A stretch of DNA of 62,880 bases, the filler included, from Collodictyon triciliatum (lineage: Eukaryota), in the NCBI GenBank assembly GCA_043381765.1. It is 4 parts of 4 records of this genome, joined end to end, with 100 filler letters (N's around TTAATTAATTAA, not from the genome) between each part and the next. Parts side by side here need not be neighbours in the genome. Positions count along the whole stretch, not along the records: positions 1 to 25,779 come from JBHJMP010001033.1; 3 more parts are not named here. One strand, written 5' to 3'. The notes beneath the pieces are model-generated. The model was not told where the DNA came from. It saw only the letters and a list, made by a program, of their open reading frames with translations, and searched no databases. Positions 1-11,528 of this stretch are shown here, one piece after another (the stretch's first letter is position 1; every line of letters starts with the position of its first letter). The position numbers were made by a program, and so were the translations under genes.

Positions 1-98
1 AACAAAAAAACAAAAAACAAAAAAACAAAAAACAAAAAAACAAAAAACAAAAAAACAAAAAACAAAAAAACAAAAAACAAAAAAACAAAAAACAAAAA
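1..98. repeat. AACAAAA(A) microsatellite
   Basis: Tandem aacaaaaa(a) units visible from base 1. Confidence 0.9.
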
Positions 99-127
99 AT
101 AACTGGTTCCAAATTGAAATGTTCAGA

Positions 128-1650
128 TAGACCCAGACTCGCAGTCTCATGTGATTCGAATCGAGTCCAACATCGATCTAGTATGCGCCCTCACAAAAGA
201 ACTCTATTACAAGATCAAGAGTTGGAGGGAGAACGCACCTCGAGAAATCATAATGTTGTGTTGCTACTTGAAGGATTGTATTCAAGAAGGTCTTCGCCGT
301 ATCTTTTGTTTTTTCTTATTTTTAAAATTACAATCACTCTGTATTACGTGCATATACATATTCTAACCCCTTTGTCAACAAAATAGCGTTTCCATCAAAA
401 GTCAAGTTTGCCTTGACTACCTTTCTATTCAAGTCGCTAATATGCCAGATGATAGCATTTCCGGAGTCTACTGGGGTCGTACAAGGTACTGAGAAAATCA
501 ATACATTTTTTTCATGGCCTCAGAGTCTCATATATGTTACTCGTTGCGAATAGTATCTCAACACCTTCATCGATGTTGATACATAATCTAAAGCAACGGG
601 TTGAATATATCTGAATATAATAATGGGGAAAGCGTAAGCCATTTGATTATAGCGCATATATCACCCGGGATACGGCGCGGTCTCCAGTTGATATCTCGAA
701 ACTTGATGCTTCTATTTCGAGGGTCCATATACTCATCGATAGAGAACCCACACCTTTCTTTTATCAACAGCGTGGTTATCATGCCACTTTTAGAAGAGGC
801 TGGGGAATTAGTAGAATCCTTTCATGTATGAACAATATGGGTATCCTACTTGTGGATTTCTTTTCTTGGGTAGCAACAATAATGTACTCGAATATTGTAC
901 CGAAGCATAACAATATCATGATTAGACACCCGAGAATGCCCATTATGACTCTGCAAACGCCACCATTGATGAATCTACACACGACGTTTGAACTCATCAA
1001 TAGTGTATGGGTGTTTGGTGTGGGATGTGGTTGTTATGGTGAAGCCTGTGCCTATCTAACAGAGGGCAATTATATATAGGAATCCCTCCAAGCAATCTAC
1101 GGGTATGTGCAGCGACACACGGAAGAGCTTCTCCAATACGTGAACAGCATGATCAACAGCGACGGGGGGATTTTACCCAACCACATTCCTTTGGTAATGA
1201 TGTGTCCTGCACATATGCCATAGAAGGCCGAAGGAGTATCCCGACACAGGGACACCCGAGCCAAGACAAGATACAATCGCCTTGGGATAACTTGCCTTGG
1301 TCTAGGTTGAAAATCTGAAGAAGTATCTGGGGCGACTCCACCATCGCCGATTGCCACTGGGCCGCTCGTCGTCTGCAGCCACCCTGGAAAGCCCGCCCTG
1401 GTCTCCAACATCGTACGCAGAGAGGATAATTGTTGTGGACAGCGTCGGGCCGGAACCCGAGGCAAGCATGGCCGACCGCATGTGAGATAACGCTGGGCCC
1501 CGTCATGTCCTGGGCCGGGCCGATGGCAGACTCCGGCCAACTGGGGCGGTGCGTGGGTGTTTGCTGTGTGCGCAGGCCCATGCGCAAGAACACACCGAGA
1601 CTGCCCAGAGTCCCTTAGACCACTTCTGAACAATAATAAATGGGCTTAAT
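128..1650 (+). pseudogene. Possible degenerate spliced gene of unknown family
   Basis: Two exon-like blocks with AG/GT boundaries (~128-289, ~387-485) are followed by coding-like sequence in which every frame is interrupted by stops (e.g. ...EGNYI*ESLQAIYGYVQRHTEELLQYVNSM...). No family recognised. Confidence 0.25.
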
Positions 1651-2952
1651 TGGCAACGCCTCGCGCGGGGTGTGTGCTTCGGTGATCCAAAAGCCCTGGT
1701 GCGGAGAAGCAGGGAGGGGAGAGAACTCGCACTCACGCGCCATACCTCGCGGCCTTAGGCACTGAGTCAGGACCCCTTTCAACGAGCGGATGAGACTGAA
1801 GCTCCATCTCCCAAAAGGTTTGTGTTGCCTTCGTCAAGTTCACCCGGGGCGTGGAGGCGGCCTCTTCGTTCCGTTACTTTGATCTGGCCCGGTATTCTTG
1901 CAACCCAAAGCGTTGCTGCAACACAGTCAACCCCATTCTGCATGCTCTGTGTTGTGGTACATGGCTTCTTCGTCTGTTTTCTTCTTCATTGCTACTCTTA
2001 AGCGCGAATGTCTTTCTGTAGAGCTTGTTGTGTTGCTCAGGAGATACGAGGGGGTCACCGAAAGGCATGGGTATCTCTTTGGATCTTCGAGTTTCGATCG
2101 TGTCCGCTGCGTCCACATCATAAGAGCGAAGGTACACCGCTCTATTCAAAAGCAAAATATTAAGTCGCGGTTGCAATTGTATGACTTTCTGCATAAACCA
2201 GTGTCCCACTATCTCGACGCTGCTTCATAACATTGATGAGTTACATACAATCCAACATTTTCTCAGTAAATGTGTTTTCTTTCCCTATATCTAGATGGTT
2301 TCATTTTGAATCAGAAAATCAAACCAATATATATATATATTTTGAAATAAATATAGCTGTGCTCATGTTAATATTTAATTATCAAAGAGAATAAACATGT
2401 ATGGATAGTCTAAAAACGAAAAAAAATTACTGTAAAAATAATAGGAAATCAGATCAACACATACTGATAATCAACGTGGGAGCGAGTGTATATGTAATAA
2501 CATAATTGGATGGTTTCATGTATGCCAGGAAGCAGTAGATATATTTAAAAAGCCAAAAATTTACCAGTTTTTTTTACTTTTAAATATCTTTTACATATTA
2601 ATGGATTATATAAGCATTTTTGACTCACTAGCGCGAATAGCAATTCAATTTGTATCATTTGTCAAATAATGTGAGCAACTTGAAATATCGTTCAGGTTAC
2701 AAATAGCCCGGAGCCAAATTGGGGGCAGGTGTATGGATGGTTTTCATTTCTAGTCAAAGAATATGCATGTTTGATCATGTCAGAAGAGAAAGAAGAGATG
2801 CTGAAATTAAATCAAAACTGTTAATATCTATTCTTTATGAAAATCATTCCATTTTTCTTTCATCATACAGTAAACCTGATACCAAAGTATTTTATACTCC
2901 AATTTTCGAAATATCATCACTTCCCTTCATCATTCTGTCCAAAGTACGATAG

Positions 2953-4151
2953 ACTGCACTCGGATATCATATCACCATTGAATGCTGACCTGAAAATTAC
3001 ATGAATATAGGGGAGCCCGATGTCATGTGGATTGAATCAATTTCAAAAAGAATACATCACTGGTCTATGCAGCTTGTAGGAGTATTTGTGTACCAAGGTA
3101 TTGGGCTTAATAATTAAAAAAACTTTAATTTTATTGAAGAAATCATAAGTTGAGGTTATCAAAGGGTAAGCGATTATGGATTCTAAAACAAAATAAAACA
3201 TAACAAAACAAAACAAAAATAAAGGTACTTTATTTACTCTTACCAGCCTAGAAATTAACCCATACACCAACTCGCATGAATAAAATGTAAATTCAATACC
3301 CTTTCGATCACCAATGTGAATAGGTACAATCACAGAAAAAAGAGGTGATGTAATTAAATCGAAGATAAGCATCTTTAAGTTGAGTACAAAATTACAAGAC
3401 ACTAGGAAATTACTGAACGAAGTAGATATTGGTCGATTATTCAATCATAGTGCAGAACATGTTCCTTATGTTTTGATAGAAGAAGATGCGGGAAGCAAAC
3501 AAACAGAGGAAGAAGAGGGTGAGGGGAGTCACGGCTTAGTTCAGAAGCAAAGGCCTGCACGTAAAGGCAAGAGGAAATTGATTGTGGATGAAGACCCTTT
3601 CAAGGTAATGTCCCTCGATTTGAGCCTGAACCACGGAGCTTGCGTGTTTTCTTTCATAACCGTCCGAAAAGCAATTATATCAAGGATGTACTAATTCTTG
3701 GCTAAGTCTCTGCTCTGTCATAAAATATTATGGTATTTTTGTTTTGAGAAAGTTTCCCTCATTTGATTTTTTTTTATAGGTGAACATCAGTCAATGTGTA
3801 GATCTGGTGATATGCTCTGGGTTGGGGTCTCAGATACACATATACGAACAAGGGGGAAAAGGCGAGATTCTGAGAACTGAATATGAAGAACGTGTTTTGG
3901 ATGGACAACACTTGGACGCAGCATCTCATATTCAAGAAGCAAGTATAGGCAAAGCAGAGGAATGGATTGAAACAGAACTCAGGTTGCATTCTTTAATTTT
4001 GCATATGATATCTTTTGCCTGTATTCAAGATATAGAGTTTGGTATGTGTTAGAGAAAAGCCTTAGAGTTTCTGTTTATTTTGTGGAAATAGGTCCATGGA
4101 CGTTGCGGCTGGCGAGTACGAAAGGGAGATGAGAGAGTTGGTGCGGCTTGA
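2953..4151 (+). pseudogene. Spliced hypothetical gene or gene remnant (acidic/basic low-complexity protein)
   Basis: Exons ~3451-3604, 3780-3982 and 4092-4151 join in phase through GT-AG introns (…DEDPFK|VNISQC…ETELR|SMDVAAG…GAA*). A candidate upstream exon at ~2953-3097 carries an in-frame TGA. Confidence 0.3.
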
Positions 4152-4580
4152 AAAAAGGATGCGTGTGCTGCAGTCTCTTCTGGATGAGCACACACGCCTT
4201 TTCTTGGATATTTCATAAAGTGCGCCAACGAAGCCTTTGCTGTCGACCGAGATTGCAAGTTGCCGAGGTTCGTCAGCAAAGGCGCAGATATCCGCAGTTT
4301 TTGCCACTGCAATGACTTCTTCCCTTTCTGCTCTGCCTCTTGGTGGGATTTCTCGGCGAGGAAGCGCGAGTGCCACAAGAGAGAGCGCCAGAGAGAAGGA
4401 CTTGCTTTCTTTCCCCTCTTCTTTGCTTTTTCCCTTCATTCTTTTTTCTTTCATTTTTTCTTCCTCTTTTTCATTTTTTTCTTTTCCTTTCTGATCCCAG
4501 AGAACAGTCGTGGGCGCTTTTTCGGTAAGAATGGTTGTGCTCCGATCCACTCTCAGCCTCATCAAACAATCCAGCGTAGA

Positions 4581-7387
4581 ATGCAACGGGGCTTCCTGGT
4601 TCTTTTCGCAGGGCTTGCTTTTGCTATTGCGCAAGTGATGTGCGTCCCGATCGAGAGAGTCTCTCACAGCCAGTTTGAGAAACTCAAGCACGCGCAGTTT
4701 GACTCTCGCACACCTTTCAACAGCTCTGCCGTTGCGTTGCTTACAGAGTTCATCAACATTCCCTCTGTTACTGGAGACGAGCTCCTCTTCTCGATCGCAC
4801 TGGAGGTAACCGCACTGCCACAAGCGCAACTTCTGAGACATGCCTTTCTTTTATTTCTTTCATTTCTTTCATTTCTTTCATTTCTTTCATTTCTTTCATT
4901 TCTTTCATTTCTTTCATTTCTTTCATTTCTTTCATTTCTTTCATTTCTTTCATTTCTTTCTATCTATCCTCCCTAAGGCCATGAAGAATATTGCGTTTTC
5001 TTCCTCCAAACTCATGAGAAAAACATCAGAAAGTAGCCATTTAAAAGATAGAGACCGATACAGCATCTGACTATGTATCCCCCTTACTCTATTCAAACGA
5101 CCCCAGACATGGTTTACCGAACGTGGTTGGAGAGTCACTAAACAACAAGTCGCTCCCAACCGCAATAATATTCTCGTGACTCGTGGATCGTCCACGAACC
5201 CACGTCTCTTGTTCAGTTCACACATGGACACAGTACCCCCTTTTATTCCAGCGACTATCGAAGGAGATGCAGTTTGTCACTTATAAGCATATATTTTGTC
5301 AATATGACATACATTTAATTATATTTCTGAACTTTCATAATGAAACACAAGATACACATCCATGAAAATGGTTTATGGCGCATCAGCTGTGCATGTCCTT
5401 TTATTTGACTGCGCAATTATTTTGACTATCTAGATCAAAGGTCGAGGAGCCTGTGATGCTAAAGGTAGTGTTGTAGCTCAGATTCTGGCGGCTGACTATT
5501 TGGTTAGAAATAACCTTGTTTCAAACGAAGATGTGGGGTCTGTTTCACATACAAAACTTGCGAAAATTCATCCTTTAGTCTAAGCGTTTGTTACATCCAC
5601 TCCAACAAAGTCGAGTGATGAGTGCATCTTTGCTATTTTTTTTCATTTGATTATTTAGTATGATTATCCTCTCAATACTGCAAAATTCAACACCTTATAG
5701 CTTTTTCTCGTCACAAAAATATGAAACTATCTTAGAATGTAGTAGTATACTAAAAACACATTACTTACCTATTCAATGTCGATTTGATGGCCATGGAACC
5801 AAACTGGCTATTAGATTTTTGTATGTTGTTGGAGAGGAGGTGGATGGGTCTGGAATGAAGAAAGCAAACGAGGTGAATTCCTTGCATTATCCAAATATTT
5901 TGTGTATCACATAATGAATATACAGGGCGCATTCGCCACGAAGGAAATGCATGGACATGTACATTTGTTTCCTTTTTTTTTTCTAACATTTTTCTTCGTA
6001 TCATCCAATCAAATGGTAGAAAGTAACCATTCTCTACATTTAAAATGCTTCTTTTAAAACCCGTACAGCTCCGCTTGAATCCGCTCTATTTTGTTAATGG
6101 AGAACCAACCGAATCCAAGATGGCAGAGGGACACAAGGTTTCATTTAAATAGATTACAATTCTTTCGAAAAGAACACATTTTTTCCGTAAGTTTAGTTCA
6201 CATAAATATTTTTGAACTTATTTGATGTTCCCTTTAACGTTTTATGAAAAAAATTATCAAATCAGGGTTCCGTTGCATTCATATTGAACACGACGGGTAT
6301 TGCTGGGCATTCAGGATATCCCGAGGTTGGTATATCGGCAATATCCCCGATCTTGGACATACTGCAAGATCTGGAGAACGAGGTGCTTTTCTTTATCTTT
6401 TTCTTTTTGGATACGACTATACATATAGTCTTGGTTATCATACCCTTCAGTTTATGCACTGGATAGTAAAACAAATTGTACATGATGCAAAATTTACACT
6501 CCGAAAAAAAGAAAGAAGAAAAGCCTGACATTTCCCCCTGCATTCGATTCAAAGAACGAATGAACTATACCATTTTAACACAGTAGATGACGCAGTATAG
6601 CTTGGAGAGGTCTAGTTTTGAATGAATGATTAATACTTTCATATCCCTTTTGACCAGCCATGGCCCGTAGATTCTGTATTTGGAGCAACAACACTTAATG
6701 TCGGGAAAATCGTTGCGGGTGTAGCAGGGAATGTCATCCCTGACTTTGCCACAGCTAGTGTCATGGTTCGGGTGACCACTACAGCAGATTCCATCTTGGC
6801 AAGAATCTTGGAGATTGTTGGGACAAGGTCGTAGCGATTCCTTTATTATTGTTCATGCTGTATGAGTATCGGTGATAAAATTGGGACTACTGATTCGGTG
6901 TATTATATCATTTTAGGGCATGAATGCATTTTAACATGATGTTTTATTACTTAGGGGCGAGGTTTTTGTCAGCACCAAGAGTGACCCCGTTCGTTGTTCA
7001 GTCCTCCCCGACTACCCATCCGCGGTAATGTCGTATGGAACCGATATACCTTACTTCCAGTTCTCTGGACAGGTTTGTATCTTTTCTTCTTTCGAAATAT
7101 CGCCAATCAGAAATTTTCGATCGGCTTCAACTTTTCTTAGTCGCATCCTTCGACATATACGCGGTGTTTTTCATCGGGATGCCTGAACACATGGCCTCGC
7201 CCAACCACGAGCTGCATTACTCATCTACCGTTATCTATTGAAGCGCTACCTCTACGGCCCAGGCTCGATTCTGGTGGCGCACAGTGAGAAAGAATTTGTC
7301 AGCACCACCGAGCTGCTCTCTGACATAGAGGCATACAAAAACATTGCGTTAACGCTTCTTCGCCGCCAAGAAAGCCACCACCAATAA
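4581..7387 (+). CDS. Secreted M20A family metallopeptidase (ArgE/DapE-like), about 9 exons
   Basis: Spliced product has a signal-like N-terminus (MQRGFLVLFAGLAFAIA) and the M20 motifs INIPSVTGDE, SSHMDTVP, GRGACDAKG, VGEE, GEPT, GHSGYPE, TTLNVG, NVIP and GPGSILVAHSEKE. It ends in TAA at 7385-7387. Confidence 0.9.
4850..4957. repeat. (TTTCTTTCA)n intronic tandem repeat
   Basis: About 11 copies of a 9-bp unit in intron 1 of the M20 gene. Confidence 0.9.
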
Positions 7388-8206
7388 ACACACAGCCCCA
7401 AATCCGCCCGGATTACCCCCATTTCCCTCTGTCCGCCACAGCCCAGACCGAAACGAGAACGGAGCAGCAACGGTAGCAAGCACCCCGCATCTGGAAATCC
7501 GCGTTAAGGGTGGAAGTAGGGGTAAGATTCCGAGTGCGAGTATAATCACGGAGAAAACAGAGCAGAGAGGGAGAGACGGGAGATGTGCACGCCAGCCCCG
7601 CACGACCTGACCATGCTGCCAATCATCTGCTCTTGCAGTATACAAAGCGAATATGAAGGGAACAGAAGCCGGAGCATACCAAACCGTGCAGTGCGAATAG
7701 ACGTTGGCGGGAGTGACGCGCTGCGCAATTTAGCGGCCGGGTGACCGAAGACAAAGGAACATTACGCCTTTGGCTGTCGCCCTTTTCTGCGCGGTGTGAG
7801 TTTCTGCGGTTCAGAATTGTGATATATTACGAGCGGGTGTTTGGGTGCAGTAGTATAGTTTCTTTCCACAGACATGTTCATACACTTATTTCCACAACCC
7901 TGGTGTTGAGACGGCTTCGGTGGCCCTGTGCGTCGCCCAGCGAGGACAAAGACACGCCCACCACCGCCACATCAATTCATGAGTGCTCTTGTGTCCCGCG
8001 TCACCTGCTTCGGCTGTATGCCGATCCCTGGGTTGTTGAGACAGTACATTTTACGAGGCCTCCCCACTGTCTCAATCGCACCCGGCGATGCCAAGACACG
8101 GCACTCATAACCGCAATACTGATGCCAGCTTTTTCCTCTTCCTTTCACCCGCGCGTTTGTGCACAACACAGAAAGTTTTGTGCACTCACTAAGGACCGCA
8201 CGCAAA

Positions 8207-10353
8207 ATGGACACTGAAGTTCGTGTTTCGAGTGCAAAAGGAGCCCGTGTTGAAGACCCAGATGTTAGAGAGGGTGCAGAAGAGGCTACAGAAGTGGAGA
8301 ACGAGCTGCTACCAGATACCCGTACCGTCCTATCTCAGACCGTTCCTGTGCATCAGCATACTCGAAAGGTTATGCAGAAAATTGTCAATCTACTGAAAGG
8401 CCTCTCCCGCAAATTCCAGACCGAGGAAGATATTCTCATGGCCATTGAGACTGCCGTGGAGGTACTCATCAGCCATCGCCCGCATATAACCGCCTCTCTC
8501 AACAGAATCAAGGCTAGACTGTCCGCCTCGGATGATATCCCAGTGTACGGCCCCAAAATCCCTTCTCATTATCAAACAAACACTGAGATCCATTCGAAGG
8601 TCAAGGAGAGAGTCCAAGCTAAATTGTCGGAGTTTGAGAAGGCAAAGCAAGAGCAATCCACCGAGAGTGCCGAGAAGGATACGGATTTCGTTCAACAAAA
8701 ATATGAAAGCGGAATAAGCAGTGATAAGGGACCACCATACCAAGAAAATCACCAGAATGAGGTCCGAAGTGATAATGATAGTTTACAGCAACAATTACCG
8801 ATAGTGTTGATGGGTACAGGCCCAGGGACATCCTCCAATAGCACTGCACATACTATAGTATTACAAAAGGTATTCGCATACTGACATATTTTGAATGGTA
8901 TCGATTTCACTGAAAAAAACTTGATACCATTCATATGGGCAACACTTTTCCATGCTTTCACAAATAGAAAAATTCAGATTCGTTCGAGACTATAACTTTC
9001 ACACACACATATATAGGCTAGGCAATTGCTCCAAGATGGCACCCAACCAAAGTTATTTACTCCAGGGAAAGAAACAGCTATGCCCCAGAAGGAAAAACAT
9101 CTCAATTCACAACAAGAGATCGGACACGGGACTGAAAGCGATGAAAGCAACAAAGGATTAGTATCAAATCAACAAAAATCGAAGCATGGTGACATCCAGG
9201 AACATGCTGGGACAACAGGCACGGTGCAAGAAAATGCAACCCGGACAGCCTTCAAAATTGGTGAGCCTAAAGACAAAGAGGGTATCCCACCAGACCAAAA
9301 TCAATACATTACTATGGCTTGTAAAGATGAGAAGGATGCACACACTGGCTTACTGAAGCATTTTTCTCCATCGCTGCATGCTCAAAATTACAACACTCTG
9401 GCGGGGATACCCGTTAATACGCACCCTAATACACATCGGCACAAAATCGTCACCCACGAAAGCGTCGATACCAACCCCAGACGACACATAATACGAAATG
9501 CACTGACTTTTGACACGCACGTAGAATCCCCGAAGCAGGTTCTTTATATAAAATAATTGCACCCTTGTTTCCCCTCCATAGTATTCCATCGGCAGAATAT
9601 GAATTGAGAAATCTTTGATTTACACCTAATATTGTTAGATGGTAGAACTATGAAATATTTTATCTAGTAATTATTCAAAAATTTTAACTTTGATATATTT
9701 GCTGGTGTGATTAGGGGTTCTACTCAAGAAATATTACAAAGGAACCAATTCAAGCAGGCTTTTTACCAGGGAGCTCAATTACACCCCAAAGTCAAAATGT
9801 ACTCAGAGACCGTGATATCGGAGCACAAAGGAGGCCGTTCATACATGAAGACTCTACAGATTTTAACTTTCCTATGCCCCCGGAATATGACCAATTTGAT
9901 TATGAATGTGAGGGCGAGAAGCAGCAAACCTTTACTGGGATAGAAGCAAGTAGGCCAATCCAATCCAGTACATCTGTTCCTTCTAGCACAATATTTCATA
10001 TTGCATCGTATGTTCACCAAGCCTGCAGGTCCAAATTCGGTCATACCATTACGATGTCGACGAATGAAAACTCTTGGATTCAAGTTGCTAAACTTTTGGT
10101 TGATGTAATCTGTCCAAACAGAACACCACTTGAGTTATCAATTTATACTGCAAAAACGTACTTAAATTTGATTTCGACGGTCTCGCTTCCTTTCTTATCA
10201 GAATTCAGTCCGGAGGAGTCTTTGCTTATTGCAAAGTACATTCAATCGATTATATACAATACAGCTGTAGACAAGCCATCGATAATCGGGACACATCAGC
10301 AATATGGCAATTCTCGTCCGACTTTTCATCGCTCTTCTCACGATTGGAAATAG
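8207..10353 (+). CDS. Three-exon hypothetical protein (~600 aa)
   Basis: ORFs 8207-8869, ~9017-9538 and ~9715-10353 join through phase-0 GT-AG introns (LQK|ARQLLQ…SPKQ|GFYSRN…MPPEY…HDWK*). No recognisable domain. Confidence 0.6.
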
Positions 10354-10930
10354 TGATACAAACACGGTTTGGTGTACAATCTTCAATCCAAATTAAAATG
10401 TGTAGTAATAGGAGCCGAGGTAAACTAGATGCCTTTTTTTTTCCCCTCATCACTCGGGTTGCATTCCTTTATACTTTGGTGTAAAAGCGTTTTATGAGGA
10501 CAAAAGGATTTTCATGATTGCAGAATTGCAGTATCTTGTACTTCTCTGCATTGTCTTTTCTATTATGAAGAGAAAGGAAAAGAAAACAAAGCAAAGATAA
10601 AGAAGCACACAACAAAACTAACACAAAAACTAACAAACAAATAGAGGTGGATTCGCAAGACATTGAACCTTTTATTTTTTTTTTTGAGTCGAATGCTCAG
10701 TTTTTGTTATTGTATGCTTGATTGTTACTTGTACTTGAACTCCAAGAAACATACAGGTATTTTTTTTTCCTTTATTCGATTCTAGAAACATACAGGTATA
10801 ACAATATAATACCGATGAAGGGAATCCTGTAAATTTGGTTTTGACGCACACGATGATTAGCTCCCTATTCGTCTTGAAAACTTTGTCACGTAAATGCAAG
10901 TGAAACAACATTGAGATGAAATAGTAGACA

Positions 10931-10985
10931 TTTCCTTTCCTTTCCTTTCCTTTCCTTTCCTTTCCTTTCCTTTCCTTTCCTTTCC
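10931..10985. repeat. (TTTCC)n microsatellite
   Basis: About 11 tandem copies. Confidence 0.9.
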
Positions 10986-11528
10986 TTCTCTTTTTTAGTT
11001 TTTTTTTTTTTAAAAAAAAAGCGTCTATGCTGGATATTCTGGCCTTTCCACTTTCCCAAGACGCGACAGCCAGATAGCAGTCAACAGCTAAGTGCCAAAA
11101 GAAAAGCAGTCTGTGATGTTGGTGTTGGACTCTGCATTCTTCTTTGAATGCGCAGAGTCCAAACAGTGCGGACACTGTAAAAAGACTGGCAAGTATGAGC
11201 ACAAGTGTGACAGGTCAAGCAAAACACAGCCCAAAACTGGGCGGCCTCGACCTGCGCGCAAAGCCACACCGGCCAAGCGTTCTGTATGATGATTCACTTG
11301 TGCAACTTGGCCACTTCCAGGAAAACTTCGGAGGGTTGAAGTTGATCTGAAAAGGCGGGTATATGTGACTCACGGGGCACAACCACTCGAAGCAACTGAC
11401 TCGACACACAACCTTACACTGATAAAGAATAAAGATGTTGAGAGAAGAGAGATGTGGCATGAGTGAAAGCGGACTGTGTTTTGACAATCGAACGCCACAG
11501 GACAAACATCCAAGGGCGCGGAGCAGCC

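Noticed and set aside
828-1650. Stop-codon reassignment explaining in-frame stops
   Set aside because: TAA, TAG and TGA all terminate well-supported genes here, and the 1539-aa ORF has no internal stops.
1874-2230. Overlapping 110-aa ORFs on both strands
   Set aside because: No motif, splice support or clear start; cannot be supported as genes.
4768-5070. Repeat-peptide ORFs (MKE)n, (FFH)n, (RT)n, (SC)n, poly-L here and at 36038-36259, 38799-38981, 55479-56444
   Set aside because: Translations of intronic or intergenic microsatellites.
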